From assembly GCA_036560125.1 (NCBI GenBank), contig DATBRW010000076.1, positions 1 through 40,176 of the forward strand: a stretch of DNA of 40,176 nucleotides, written 5' to 3'. Both the position numbers and the translations under genes were made by a program. The notes under the pieces were generated by a model, which worked only from the letters and a program-made list of their open reading frames with translations, did not search any database and was not told where the DNA came from. Below, in pieces: positions 30,511 to 38,195 of this stretch. Position 1 is the first letter of the stretch; the number at the start of each line of letters is the position of its first letter. The stretch is from Candidatus Limnocylindria bacterium. GTDB taxonomy: Bacteria; Chloroflexota; Limnocylindria; QHBO01.

Positions 30511-30642
30511 TCAGTAGGCGGGGCCCCCGCCCCCATCACTGCCACTACCCTGGTTGCACGCGGCAAGCACCAGCAGGAGGGCGAGCCACGACCAGCGCAC
30601 CAGGCCCGGATATCGGATCGTAAGGATTCGCAGGTTGTCCAT
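30511..30642 (-). CDS. Candidate mini-lipoprotein (43 aa)
   Basis: Hand translation gives MDNLRILTIRYPGLVRWSWLALLLVLAACNQGSGSDGGGGPAY. It has a basic n-region, a hydrophobic core and the lipobox 'LAAC'. No RBS was seen, and it is below the ORF-track cutoff. Confidence 0.3.
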   Translation of the reverse strand: MDNLRILTIRYPGLVRWSWLALLLVLAACNQGSGSDGGGGPAY

Positions 30643-30694
30643 GAATCGAGCAAGCAAGCATCAGGCATGCCGATCCCGATAGAGTGATGGACCG

Positions 30695-30934
30695 ATGTCT
30701 CCCGAACGCGACAAACCCAAGCTGAAGCGTGAGACCGCCGGCCGCTACCGCAGCGAGGACGGACGGTATGTCGTGCAGCAGCAGTCCGGCCCGTGGTGGT
30801 TGATGGACACCGAACTGACCGACGAGCTGGGGCAGCCCGCCCTGCACGGTCCGTATGCCTCCCTGTCGGAGGCGACCGATGCCATGGGCACGCTGCCGGC
30901 TGCCAAGAAAGCGCCCGCGAAGAAGAAGCGCTAG
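30695..30934 (+). CDS. Hypothetical small basic protein (79 aa)
   Basis: The ORF 'MSPERDKPKLKRETAGRYRSEDGRYVVQQQSGPWWLMDTELTDELGQPALHGPY...' has a Lys-rich tail and G/C-rich third positions. TAGAGT lies 9 nt upstream. Confidence 0.55.
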   Translation: MSPERDKPKLKRETAGRYRSEDGRYVVQQQSGPWWLMDTELTDELGQPALHGPYASLSEATDAMGTLPAAKKAPAKKKR

Positions 30935-31407
30935 CGGCGATTCCGCTCCGTCTGCTTTCGCCGGCGTGAAGCCTCCGCTCGCCGATGGCGCGTCTCGGCG
31001 TCCTCGTGGTCGGCGCGTTCCATCATGTCGCGCTCGTCCTCCTCGACCTCGGCTTCGGTTGCCAGCTCCTCGCCCATCAGCCGATTCCTGGCGCTCGGAT
31101 GCGCGCGGATCAGCTCATCGATCTTGAGGTGCAGCGCCGTTGACTCGCGGTTCTGGCTGGTCTGGATGGCAAACACCATCAGGAAGGTGACAATGGTGGT
31201 GCCCGTATTGATCACCAGCTGCCACGTGTCGCTGAAGCCGAAGATCGGTCCCGTGACGAACCACACGACGACGATCGCGAGCGCGGCGACCATCGCCCAG
31301 GGCGTGCCGACGGCGCGGGTAATCGCGTCGGACCAGGCGCGAAATCGGTCCGACAGGCTCGGTTCCTCCTTGGCCTTCCGTGGCTTGCTGCGTTGCGGCT
31401 GCGCCAT
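30931..31407 (-). CDS. Low-affinity iron permease family protein
   Basis: The segment 'GPIFGFSDTWQLVINTGTTIVTFLMVFAIQTSQNRESTALHLKIDELIRA' matches the characteristic core of this family as I recall it. GAGGA lies upstream of the ATG. Confidence 0.8.
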   Translation of the reverse strand: MAQPQRSKPRKAKEEPSLSDRFRAWSDAITRAVGTPWAMVAALAIVVVWFVTGPIFGFSDTWQLVINTGTTIVTFLMVFAIQTSQNRESTALHLKIDELIRAHPSARNRLMGEELATEAEVEEDERDMMERADHEDAETRHRRAEASRRRKQTERNRR

Positions 31408-31418
31408 CGGTCAGTCCT

Positions 31419-31502
31419 CTAGAACAGCGCGTTGACGCAGGCCACGAGCAGCCAGATCACCAGGATGATCCCGATGATCACGCCAAGCAGAATCTTGCCC
31501 AC
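31419..31502 (-). CDS. Candidate 27-aa hydrophobic peptide upstream of the iron permease
   Basis: The GTG start is preceded by GGAGGG (5-nt spacer). The peptide reads MGKILLGVIIGIILVIWLLVACVNALF. Its stop lies 11 nt before the permease ATG. It is below the ORF-track cutoff. Confidence 0.35.
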   Translation of the reverse strand: MGKILLGVIIGIILVIWLLVACVNALF

Positions 31503-31603
31503 GCGGGCCCTCCAGTCAGCAGTCGGTTGCTCGCCTGGTGGATGCAAGGGCCGTGCCGAGCGCGCGGCTTCCGGCAAGGGCACGCATGCTAGGCTGCGTC
31601 CCG

Positions 31604-32329
31604 ATGACGGGCGACAGCGTCGAGTGCTTCAACTGCGGGCGCGCGAACCCCTCCTGGGCACAGATCTGCCGGTCCTGCGGCGTCCCGATGCGGCCGGGCG
31701 GCGCCGGCTCCAAGCCTCCATCCGGCCGGCTCCCCACTGATCGCGACTCCCTCTTCTCGATCGGCGCGGCGCTCGCCACGATCGGCGTCGCAATCGTATT
31801 TGGACTGATCCTGTCCGGGATGCTGCCCGTGGCACCGCCGGTGATCGCCTCCGCGTCACCGACCCCCTCGGCGAGCGTCGGGGCGTCCGCCTCCGAGGTT
31901 CCTGCCTCCGCCAGCGCCGCGCCGACTGCCGAGCCCACGCCCGAGCTGATCGGGACGCTGACCTTCGGTCGCGCCCTGAACCAGTCGACGCAGGAGGTGA
32001 TCGACAAGACCGACACCTTCGCCAGTGGCAGCACCTTCTGCCACTCGATCTCCCTGCCGGAGCCATTCGGCGTCGACCAGTACCAGGAGGAGGTGCTGAA
32101 GATCAAGGCCAATGGGGATCTCACCATCGTCCAGAAGCGGTTGGAGGGAACGCTGCCGGTGAATTCCGTGGCCTCGGTCGTCGGGTGGTGCAACCCGACC
32201 GACAACCTGATCCTCGGGATTCCGGTGGGCACCGGCTGGGGCACCGGCGACTTCATGCTCCGCGCCTACCGGCGCCAGGGCGGCTCTCCGCAGCTGCTCG
32301 CCCAGGGCCGCTTCACGCTGACGGAGTAG
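31604..32329 (+). CDS. Zinc-ribbon membrane protein with extracytoplasmic domain
   Basis: The N-terminal zinc ribbon is 'CFNCGRANPSWAQICRSCG'. It is followed by a TM ('LFSIGAALATIGVAIVFGLILSGML'), a P/S/A linker and a domain of about 130 aa of unknown family. I chose the ATG at 31604 (TAGGCT 8 nt upstream). Confidence 0.65.
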   Translation: MTGDSVECFNCGRANPSWAQICRSCGVPMRPGGAGSKPPSGRLPTDRDSLFSIGAALATIGVAIVFGLILSGMLPVAPPVIASASPTPSASVGASASEVPASASAAPTAEPTPELIGTLTFGRALNQSTQEVIDKTDTFASGSTFCHSISLPEPFGVDQYQEEVLKIKANGDLTIVQKRLEGTLPVNSVASVVGWCNPTDNLILGIPVGTGWGTGDFMLRAYRRQGGSPQLLAQGRFTLTE

Positions 32330-33182
32330 GCGCCTCTCCGTCCTGCGCGGCGATCTCTCTCCACGCGTCCGCGTACAGCGACGCCCGCGTGGGCAGGTAG
32401 CCCGGATAGGCGACCTTGGCCTTGCGAATGATGTCCGCGTCCAGGGTCACGAGCGCCAGCGTGTCGGTGGTCTCGACCATGACGTGGGCGGCGGGGTCCA
32501 CGGCGATCGATGGCCCGCCGAGCAGCACGCCCTGCTCCGGTGCTGGCCGGTTCACCGACAGCACATAGCAGCTGTTCGTCAGCGCGTTGGCGCGGAAGAC
32601 GACCTTCCAGCGCTGGTAAGTGGCCTCTTCGGTGGCGCGCGGGATGAGCACCGCGGCAGCACCCTGGGCGGCGAGTAGCTGCGTTCCCTGCGGGCGGTTG
32701 GTGTCCGAGCAGACCTGCACGCCAATCGGCAGGCCGAACGCGTCGATCCGCCGTGGGGCCGCGGTGCCGGGGTCGTAGTGTGCCGGCTCCCAGAAGCCCG
32801 GCTCATCGGGGAGATGGAGCTTTTCGTAGGTGGCGACCAGCTCGCCGGCGCGATCGAAGATCACGGTGCGCTGCGTCCTGCGCCCGGTTTCCGCGTCGCG
32901 GTGAATGATGCCGCCGACCAGCCCGATCCCCTCCTCCGCCGCCGCCTCCTGCTGCGTGGTCATGCGCGGGCCACCCATCGGTTCGGCGTCGTCGTCGCGC
33001 TGGTCCTTGGTGGCGGGGCTCCACGGATTGAGCGGGATCTCGGGCAGCACCGCGAGGTCCGCGCCACGGTCCGCGGCCTGCGCCAGGCGGTCGCGCAGGC
33101 GGCCGCGGCCGTCCGGCTCCCAGAAGACCTCGGAGACCAGCGCCACGGTGAGGCGCCCATCTGCGCGGGCCGGTGCGGACAT
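32313..33182 (-). CDS. Carbon-nitrogen hydrolase (nitrilase superfamily; N-carbamoylputrescine-amidase-like)
   Basis: The Glu-Lys-Cys triad context is present: 'AVLPE', 'YEKLHLPDEPGFWE', 'VQVCSD'. It starts 3 nt after the Rieske gene stop. Confidence 0.85.
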   Translation of the reverse strand: MSAPARADGRLTVALVSEVFWEPDGRGRLRDRLAQAADRGADLAVLPEIPLNPWSPATKDQRDDDAEPMGGPRMTTQQEAAAEEGIGLVGGIIHRDAETGRRTQRTVIFDRAGELVATYEKLHLPDEPGFWEPAHYDPGTAAPRRIDAFGLPIGVQVCSDTNRPQGTQLLAAQGAAAVLIPRATEEATYQRWKVVFRANALTNSCYVLSVNRPAPEQGVLLGGPSIAVDPAAHVMVETTDTLALVTLDADIIRKAKVAYPGYLPTRASLYADAWREIAAQDGEAPTPSA

Positions 33183-33185
33183 TGG

Positions 33186-34283
33186 CTATTCCCCCAGGAA
33201 CTGGCGGACGAGGTTCTGGAAGTGGTAGACGCCGTTCTCCCGCTTGGCGGAGAAGCGTCCCGTGTCGTAGGCGCGGGACCGGAGGCCGCGCTGCACCTGC
33301 TCGCAGATGACGATGTCCTCCTGCTGGATCTCATCGGAGAACGCGATCGCCTGCTGCATGCTCTCCCACCCCTCCCCCGTGCCGGGATCGGCGAAGAACC
33401 ACTCGAAGATGGTCAGTGTGCGGTCCGGTCCCAGCGGCAGGATCACGTTCGACGACATGTTGTCCTGGTACACGTTGAACATCGTGTTCGGGAAGAGCCA
33501 GTAATAGAGCGCCGAATCCTCTGCGCCGGGCTGGCGCATGTAGCGGCGATCGACCCCCAGCTCCTCCCCCGCCTTCAGCTCGCGGATCGGCGCGTGCTGC
33601 TTGGAGTAGTAGCGGAACTCCTCGACCCGGTAGCTGTCGTAGTCGAGCTCCTTGAAGAGCTGCGGATGCGCGATCGGGAGGTGGTAGCCCTCCAGGTAGT
33701 TGTCGACGTAGACCTTCCAGTTGCACTCGACCACGTAATCGCGTCGCTCCACCAGGTGCATGTGCTCCACGTCGTAGCCGGACGCGGCCACCTCGGCGGG
33801 AATCGCGCCCAGGAAGTCGGCCAGCGGCGGGGCATCGTCAGAGAGGTTGACGAAGACGAACGGCCCCCATCGGTCCACCCGCACCGGGACGAGGCCAAAG
33901 TCCTCCTTGGCGAAGCCCTCGGTCTCCTCCATCTCGGGTGCCGCGCGCAGGCAGCCATCCAGGCCGTAGGTCCAGCCGTGGTATCGGCATTGGAGGGACT
34001 TGCGATTGCCGCGAGTCAGGGCGACCTGGCCTGCCCGATGTCGGCAGACGTTGAAGAAGGCCTTCAGCTCGCCATCGAGGCCATGGGTGATGACCACTGG
34101 CTCGTCCAGGACCGTGACCGGGATGAAATCGCCGACGCGGGACAGGTCCTCGGCGCGTGCGACCAGCTGCCAGGTCCGGCCGAAGACGCGCTCTTTCTCG
34201 GCCGCCAGGATCTCAGGGTCGAGGTAGAACCGCGACGGAATCGTCGAGGCGCGGGCGAGCGGCAGGGGTTGTGCGGTGGCCAT
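33186..34283 (-). CDS. Rieske [2Fe-2S] non-haem-iron oxygenase, alpha-subunit type
   Basis: The Rieske motif is 'CRHRAG..(16)..CRYHGW', with mononuclear iron ligands in 'DNYLEGYHLPIAHP'. I chose the ATG at 34283 ('MATAQPLPL'). Confidence 0.85.
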   Translation of the reverse strand: MATAQPLPLARASTIPSRFYLDPEILAAEKERVFGRTWQLVARAEDLSRVGDFIPVTVLDEPVVITHGLDGELKAFFNVCRHRAGQVALTRGNRKSLQCRYHGWTYGLDGCLRAAPEMEETEGFAKEDFGLVPVRVDRWGPFVFVNLSDDAPPLADFLGAIPAEVAASGYDVEHMHLVERRDYVVECNWKVYVDNYLEGYHLPIAHPQLFKELDYDSYRVEEFRYYSKQHAPIRELKAGEELGVDRRYMRQPGAEDSALYYWLFPNTMFNVYQDNMSSNVILPLGPDRTLTIFEWFFADPGTGEGWESMQQAIAFSDEIQQEDIVICEQVQRGLRSRAYDTGRFSAKRENGVYHFQNLVRQFLGE

Positions 34284-34299
34284 CCCGCCGAGTGTACCG

Positions 34300-36300
34300 T
34301 CAGGCGGCCGGACGCTCGATGTCGACTGGATCGCCCCGGTACGTGCCGTGGACGGATCGGCTTCCATTGGCATCCCGGAGATACCTGAGCCGCGTGCCAC
34401 CCGGCGCCCGCACATCCAAAGCGAACGTCCCCGCCACGTCATTGATGGTGGCATTGCCCGTCAGTGACAGGCCGCTCGTGAAGGCGCAGGCATCCATGGC
34501 TGCCCGATAACCCTTCCCGTACGCCCGGTACGTGATCGATCCACCGAACAGGCACCCGACCCGGAGTTGGCCGAGCCCGTCCCACGCCCAGTAGTCGGCG
34601 TTGTAGTTGATCTCGTCATCCATGGCACGCATGGCCGGCATGGCGCCGGCGTACTGCCCGATGCGGGCCGCGGGGATCCGCACGTACGGATCCGGGCCAA
34701 CCCGGCCGCAGACGGTGCGACGGTGAGCGGGACGGTCCCCCCGAAGGAGGTAGGCGGTGATCAGCTTGTCCGGGCACGGCGCGCCACGGCCGAAGATGAT
34801 GTGCGGCCCGGCCGGCTGAACGATGAGGTACGCGTCGTCCAGCTGATCGAAGATGCGGAGTGCGCCCGCGTAGGGCGTGGCCGGATCCTTGGTCGATGCC
34901 AGCACGAAGACCGGGAACGGCGTGTTGGTCAGGTACGACGGACGGGCCTGGGTCGGCGGATGCGCCGGCCAGAAGGCACACGGCAGGTCGCCGTAGAAGA
35001 TGCTGCCCAGGCGAACCGAGGCCACGCCCGCAGCGTTGCCCGCGGCCAGGTAGTCAGCGGCGCGGGCCGCGGCGGAGCCGCTGCCATATGCGTAGTCCAT
35101 GCACTCGACCGCGTAGTACATGGCGTCCGAGTACGAGGGATCGACGATGGCTGCCAGCGTCTCCGGATCCTGACCCAGCGAGACATAGAGGAGCCGGGCA
35201 AGCGGCAGGAGCTCGCCACGCGACGCCCAGGCCATCGCGCGCTGGAGCTGCATCTGATCGGTGTTCGAGTACACGTAGCCGGCCGCCGCGGTCTCCAGGT
35301 CGCCCAGCGAGAAGGACCGCCGCCGCAGCTGACCTGACGCATCCACGAAGTCGAAGTGGCGAGGCCGGTCCGCCAGCAGGGCCGCGGTGCGGTCGTAGAC
35401 CGCCAGGGCGTCGTTGCCCACGACATCGCGACGGCAGGCCGGCCTGCGCGAGCAGACGTTCAGCGTCATGCGCAGCGTCTCGTCGAAGGCGCGGACGTCT
35501 TCCGCGTAGTACTCGGTTCCGGTGAGAGTGAGATCCACCGGGCCATCCACGAAGAGGGCATGGATGCGGTCCGGGTGAGCCGCGGCGTAGGTCTGGACGT
35601 ACTGCGTCCCATAGCTCTCGCCATACAGGTCGAGGCGATCGGCTCCCAGCCAGCTGCGGATTGCCTCGAGGTCCTCGACCGCCTGCCGCGTCGAGAAGTA
35701 GGGCAGCAGTGTCGGGTTGACGCCGGTCTCGGCCACGCAGCGATTGGCGTAGCGCCGCGCATCGTCCGCATAGGCGACCGCCTGGGCTTCGGACAGGGTT
35801 GGCAGCGCGTCGCTGGTGTACCACTCGAGCGACGCATCGGGGCACTGGAGCGGCCGCGACGTGCCGACGCCGCGCTGGTCGATGAACACCGTGTCGTACT
35901 GCGCCGGGATCCGTGGATCCAGCGCATCGGTGTAGCTGTCGGCGACCGAGATGCCGCTCGTGCCCGGGCCGCCGGTGATCGTGACGAACACGCCCTTCCG
36001 CGGATGACGGGTTGCCCGCTGCAGCGCGAAGGTCACGTCGAAGGTGGGGCCGCCGGGCGGGGCGAAATGGTCGCGCGGGACACGGAGCGTGATGCAGGTG
36101 AAGCGGCTTGCCGGACAGGGCTTCCGCGCCACGACCTGTGGCGCCTTCGGCGCTCCTGCCTCCGGCACAGAGACTCGTGGCGGGATCGGCGCGGCAGCCG
36201 CAGACATCAACGGGATCAAGCCCGCGAACAGGCTGGCGAGCACGATGGTCGCGCCAGCTGCGCGCATCCGTTGCCGCACCTCCACCCTCGTGCTCCTCAT
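34300..36300 (-). CDS. Secreted alpha/beta-hydrolase, S33 tripeptidyl-aminopeptidase (Tap)-like
   Basis: It has a signal peptide ('AAGATIVLASLFAGLIPLMSAAAA'), 'GGPGTSG', the nucleophile elbow 'GESYGT', a Tap-type C-terminal region ('PVFVLASTKDPATPY'), and an extra tail of about 131 aa. The start is ATG 36300 or 36267. Confidence 0.8.
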   Translation of the reverse strand: MRSTRVEVRQRMRAAGATIVLASLFAGLIPLMSAAAAPIPPRVSVPEAGAPKAPQVVARKPCPASRFTCITLRVPRDHFAPPGGPTFDVTFALQRATRHPRKGVFVTITGGPGTSGISVADSYTDALDPRIPAQYDTVFIDQRGVGTSRPLQCPDASLEWYTSDALPTLSEAQAVAYADDARRYANRCVAETGVNPTLLPYFSTRQAVEDLEAIRSWLGADRLDLYGESYGTQYVQTYAAAHPDRIHALFVDGPVDLTLTGTEYYAEDVRAFDETLRMTLNVCSRRPACRRDVVGNDALAVYDRTAALLADRPRHFDFVDASGQLRRRSFSLGDLETAAAGYVYSNTDQMQLQRAMAWASRGELLPLARLLYVSLGQDPETLAAIVDPSYSDAMYYAVECMDYAYGSGSAAARAADYLAAGNAAGVASVRLGSIFYGDLPCAFWPAHPPTQARPSYLTNTPFPVFVLASTKDPATPYAGALRIFDQLDDAYLIVQPAGPHIIFGRGAPCPDKLITAYLLRGDRPAHRRTVCGRVGPDPYVRIPAARIGQYAGAMPAMRAMDDEINYNADYWAWDGLGQLRVGCLFGGSITYRAYGKGYRAAMDACAFTSGLSLTGNATINDVAGTFALDVRAPGGTRLRYLRDANGSRSVHGTYRGDPVDIERPAA

Positions 36301-36446
36301 GCGGATGCGAGTGTACCGGTCCACCCGCGGCCTCCCATCGAAGCCCGATTCGCCTTGTCGCCCGCAGCCCGCGCGTGCTACAACCTTCCGCACGAAAGGC
36401 GCCGCTGCCCGAGCGAGCAGGCGCTTGCCCGACGAAGGAGAGATAG

Positions 36447-37289
36447 ATGGCGCTGCGCAGAACGGCTCCCCTGTTCCTCGCGATCATGGTGGTGGTCACG
36501 GCCTGCAATATCGGAAGCGGTGGGGACTACCTGGCGCGGATCAAGTCGGCAGGGGTGATCAAGGTTTCGACCGACCCCGCGTATCCGCCGCAGTCCTTCC
36601 TGAACGAAGACACCAACGAGCTGGAAGGCTTCGACATCGATGTCGCCAAGGAGATCGGCGAGCGACTGGGCGTCGACGTCCAGTTCGAGACGCCCAGCTT
36701 CGACGCCGTCGTGGCGGGCGCATGGTCGAATCGATGGGACATGAGCGTCGGCTCGGTGACCATCACGCCGGCGCGCGAAGAGGTCCTGGACTTCACCCAG
36801 TCCTACTACTACACGCCTGCCCAGATGGCGGTTATGGAGGGCAGTGACATCACGTCCGTCGAGGACCTGGCCGGCGCCACGATCTGCGTCGGCGAGTCGA
36901 CCACGTACCAGTTCTGGCTGGAAGGGACGCTCGAGCTCCCCGATGATGCCGGTTCGCCGGCGCCCGTGCCGGAGGGCGCAGAGGTCGTGACCCTGCCGAC
37001 CGACATCAACTGTCCCGAGGCCTGGCGCGATGGCCGGGACGACTTCGAGGGCTGGCTGTCGTCGATCACGACCGTTGATGGCGCGATCGCGGACGGCCTC
37101 CCGGTCGTCGCCGTCGGCGATCCAGTCTTCAACGAGGGCCTCGGCGTCGCCTTCGACAACGCGGTGACCGACAACGACTCGCTCGTGGCCGAGGTGGATC
37201 GGATCATCGGCGAGATGCACGACGACGGCACGCTGACCGACCTCAGCGCGAAGTGGTACGACGGGATCGACTACTCCGTTCCGCAGTAG
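36447..37289 (+). CDS. Polar amino-acid ABC transporter substrate-binding lipoprotein
   Basis: GAAGGAG lies upstream of the ATG, and the lipobox is 'VTAC'. SBP family-3-like segments are present ('IKVSTDPAYPPQSFLNEDTNELEGFDIDVAKEIGERLG', 'WDMSVGSVTITPAR'). Confidence 0.88.
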   Translation: MALRRTAPLFLAIMVVVTACNIGSGGDYLARIKSAGVIKVSTDPAYPPQSFLNEDTNELEGFDIDVAKEIGERLGVDVQFETPSFDAVVAGAWSNRWDMSVGSVTITPAREEVLDFTQSYYYTPAQMAVMEGSDITSVEDLAGATICVGESTTYQFWLEGTLELPDDAGSPAPVPEGAEVVTLPTDINCPEAWRDGRDDFEGWLSSITTVDGAIADGLPVVAVGDPVFNEGLGVAFDNAVTDNDSLVAEVDRIIGEMHDDGTLTDLSAKWYDGIDYSVPQ

Positions 37290-37310
37290 GCGACTCGTCA
37301 CTCGCAACGC

Positions 37311-37340
37311 CCGGGGACGTCCAGCGATGGGCGTCCCCGG
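37311..37340 (+). other. GC-rich hairpin between the binding-protein and permease genes (possible attenuator/mRNA stabiliser)
   Basis: The hairpin is CCGGGGACG, a 12-nt loop, then CGTCCCCGG (9 bp). Only TTT follows, so it is not a strong intrinsic terminator. Confidence 0.35.
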
Positions 37341-37367
37341 CGCGTTTGATGCGGGAGACCTGACCCG

Positions 37368-38195
37368 ATGACGGCTGTCGACGAACCATCCGACGCCAGG
37401 CTCGAAGGCCGGCCGCGGTCGGTTGCCCACCGACTGGCCGCCGCTCGACAGCGCGCGCGGCTTATCTTCCGCCTGCAGGCGGCCTTGGTCTGGTTCATCG
37501 TCATCACGTTCATCGTCGGCGGCCTGTACCTCGGCGGGCGGCTCGAGCCAGATTGGATCGCCGACAACGCGCCCTACATCCTGGGCGGCATCTGGATCAC
37601 GGTGGTGGTGTCGATCTCCTCGATCGCGCTGGCTGTCGTCCTCGCCCTGCTCGGGGCCCTGGGACGCATCTCCACCAGCCCGATCTGGTACGGCCTCGCG
37701 TCTTTGTACGTCTCGCTCGTGCGCGGCACGCCGCTCCTGGTTCAGATCTTCATCATCTTCTTCGCGCTGCCGCAGGTCGGGATCGTGCTCCCTCCGATCC
37801 CGTCCGGGATCATCGCCCTGGCATTCAACTACGGCGCCTACATGACCGAGATCTTCCGCGCCGGGATCCAGGCTGTGCCGCCCGGCCAGCAGGAAGCGGC
37901 GCGGGCGCTGGGGATGCCGGAGCGGCTCGTCTTCCGTCGGATCGTGGTGCCACAGGCCATGCGCATCGTGGTGCCGGCGATCGGCAATGAGTTCATCGCC
38001 ATGATCAAGGACAGCTCATTGGTCTCGATCATCACGGTCCAGGAGCTGCTGTGGCGGGCGAGGGCCGTCGGCACGCGCGACGCACGCACGATCTCGGCCT
38101 TCCTGGTCGCTGCGCTTGTCTATTGGGTGCTCACCATCATCTTCAGCTACTTCCAGGAGCGGCTGGAGCGCACGTTGAGGAGGTCCGACCGATGA
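37368..38195 (+). CDS. Amino-acid ABC transporter permease (HisM/GlnP type)
   Basis: 275-aa ORF with multiple TM segments and the EAA-loop-like 'QQEAARALGMPERLVFRRIVVPQA'. Confidence 0.9.
   Translation: MTAVDEPSDARLEGRPRSVAHRLAAARQRARLIFRLQAALVWFIVITFIVGGLYLGGRLEPDWIADNAPYILGGIWITVVVSISSIALAVVLALLGALGRISTSPIWYGLASLYVSLVRGTPLLVQIFIIFFALPQVGIVLPPIPSGIIALAFNYGAYMTEIFRAGIQAVPPGQQEAARALGMPERLVFRRIVVPQAMRIVVPAIGNEFIAMIKDSSLVSIITVQELLWRARAVGTRDARTISAFLVAALVYWVLTIIFSYFQERLERTLRRSDR

Noticed and set aside
30243-30687. ORFs 30243..30668 (-, 141 aa) and 30406..30687 (+, 93 aa) in the islet.
   Set aside because: The translations are Cys/Arg/Ser/Trp-rich and low-complexity, with no motifs. They overlap each other and the better-supported small ORFs, and have no RBS or promoter signal.
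27192-30690. An intact prophage or integrative element at tRNA-Leu.
   Set aside because: No integrase, excisionase, or phage structural or replication genes were seen. I could find no repeat of the tRNA 3' end. At most this is a decayed remnant (reported as a finding).
33477-33489. A second LexA-like site, GAAC-atcgt-GTTC.
   Set aside because: The spacer is 5 nt, not 4, and the site lies in the middle of the Rieske oxygenase coding sequence. It is most likely chance.
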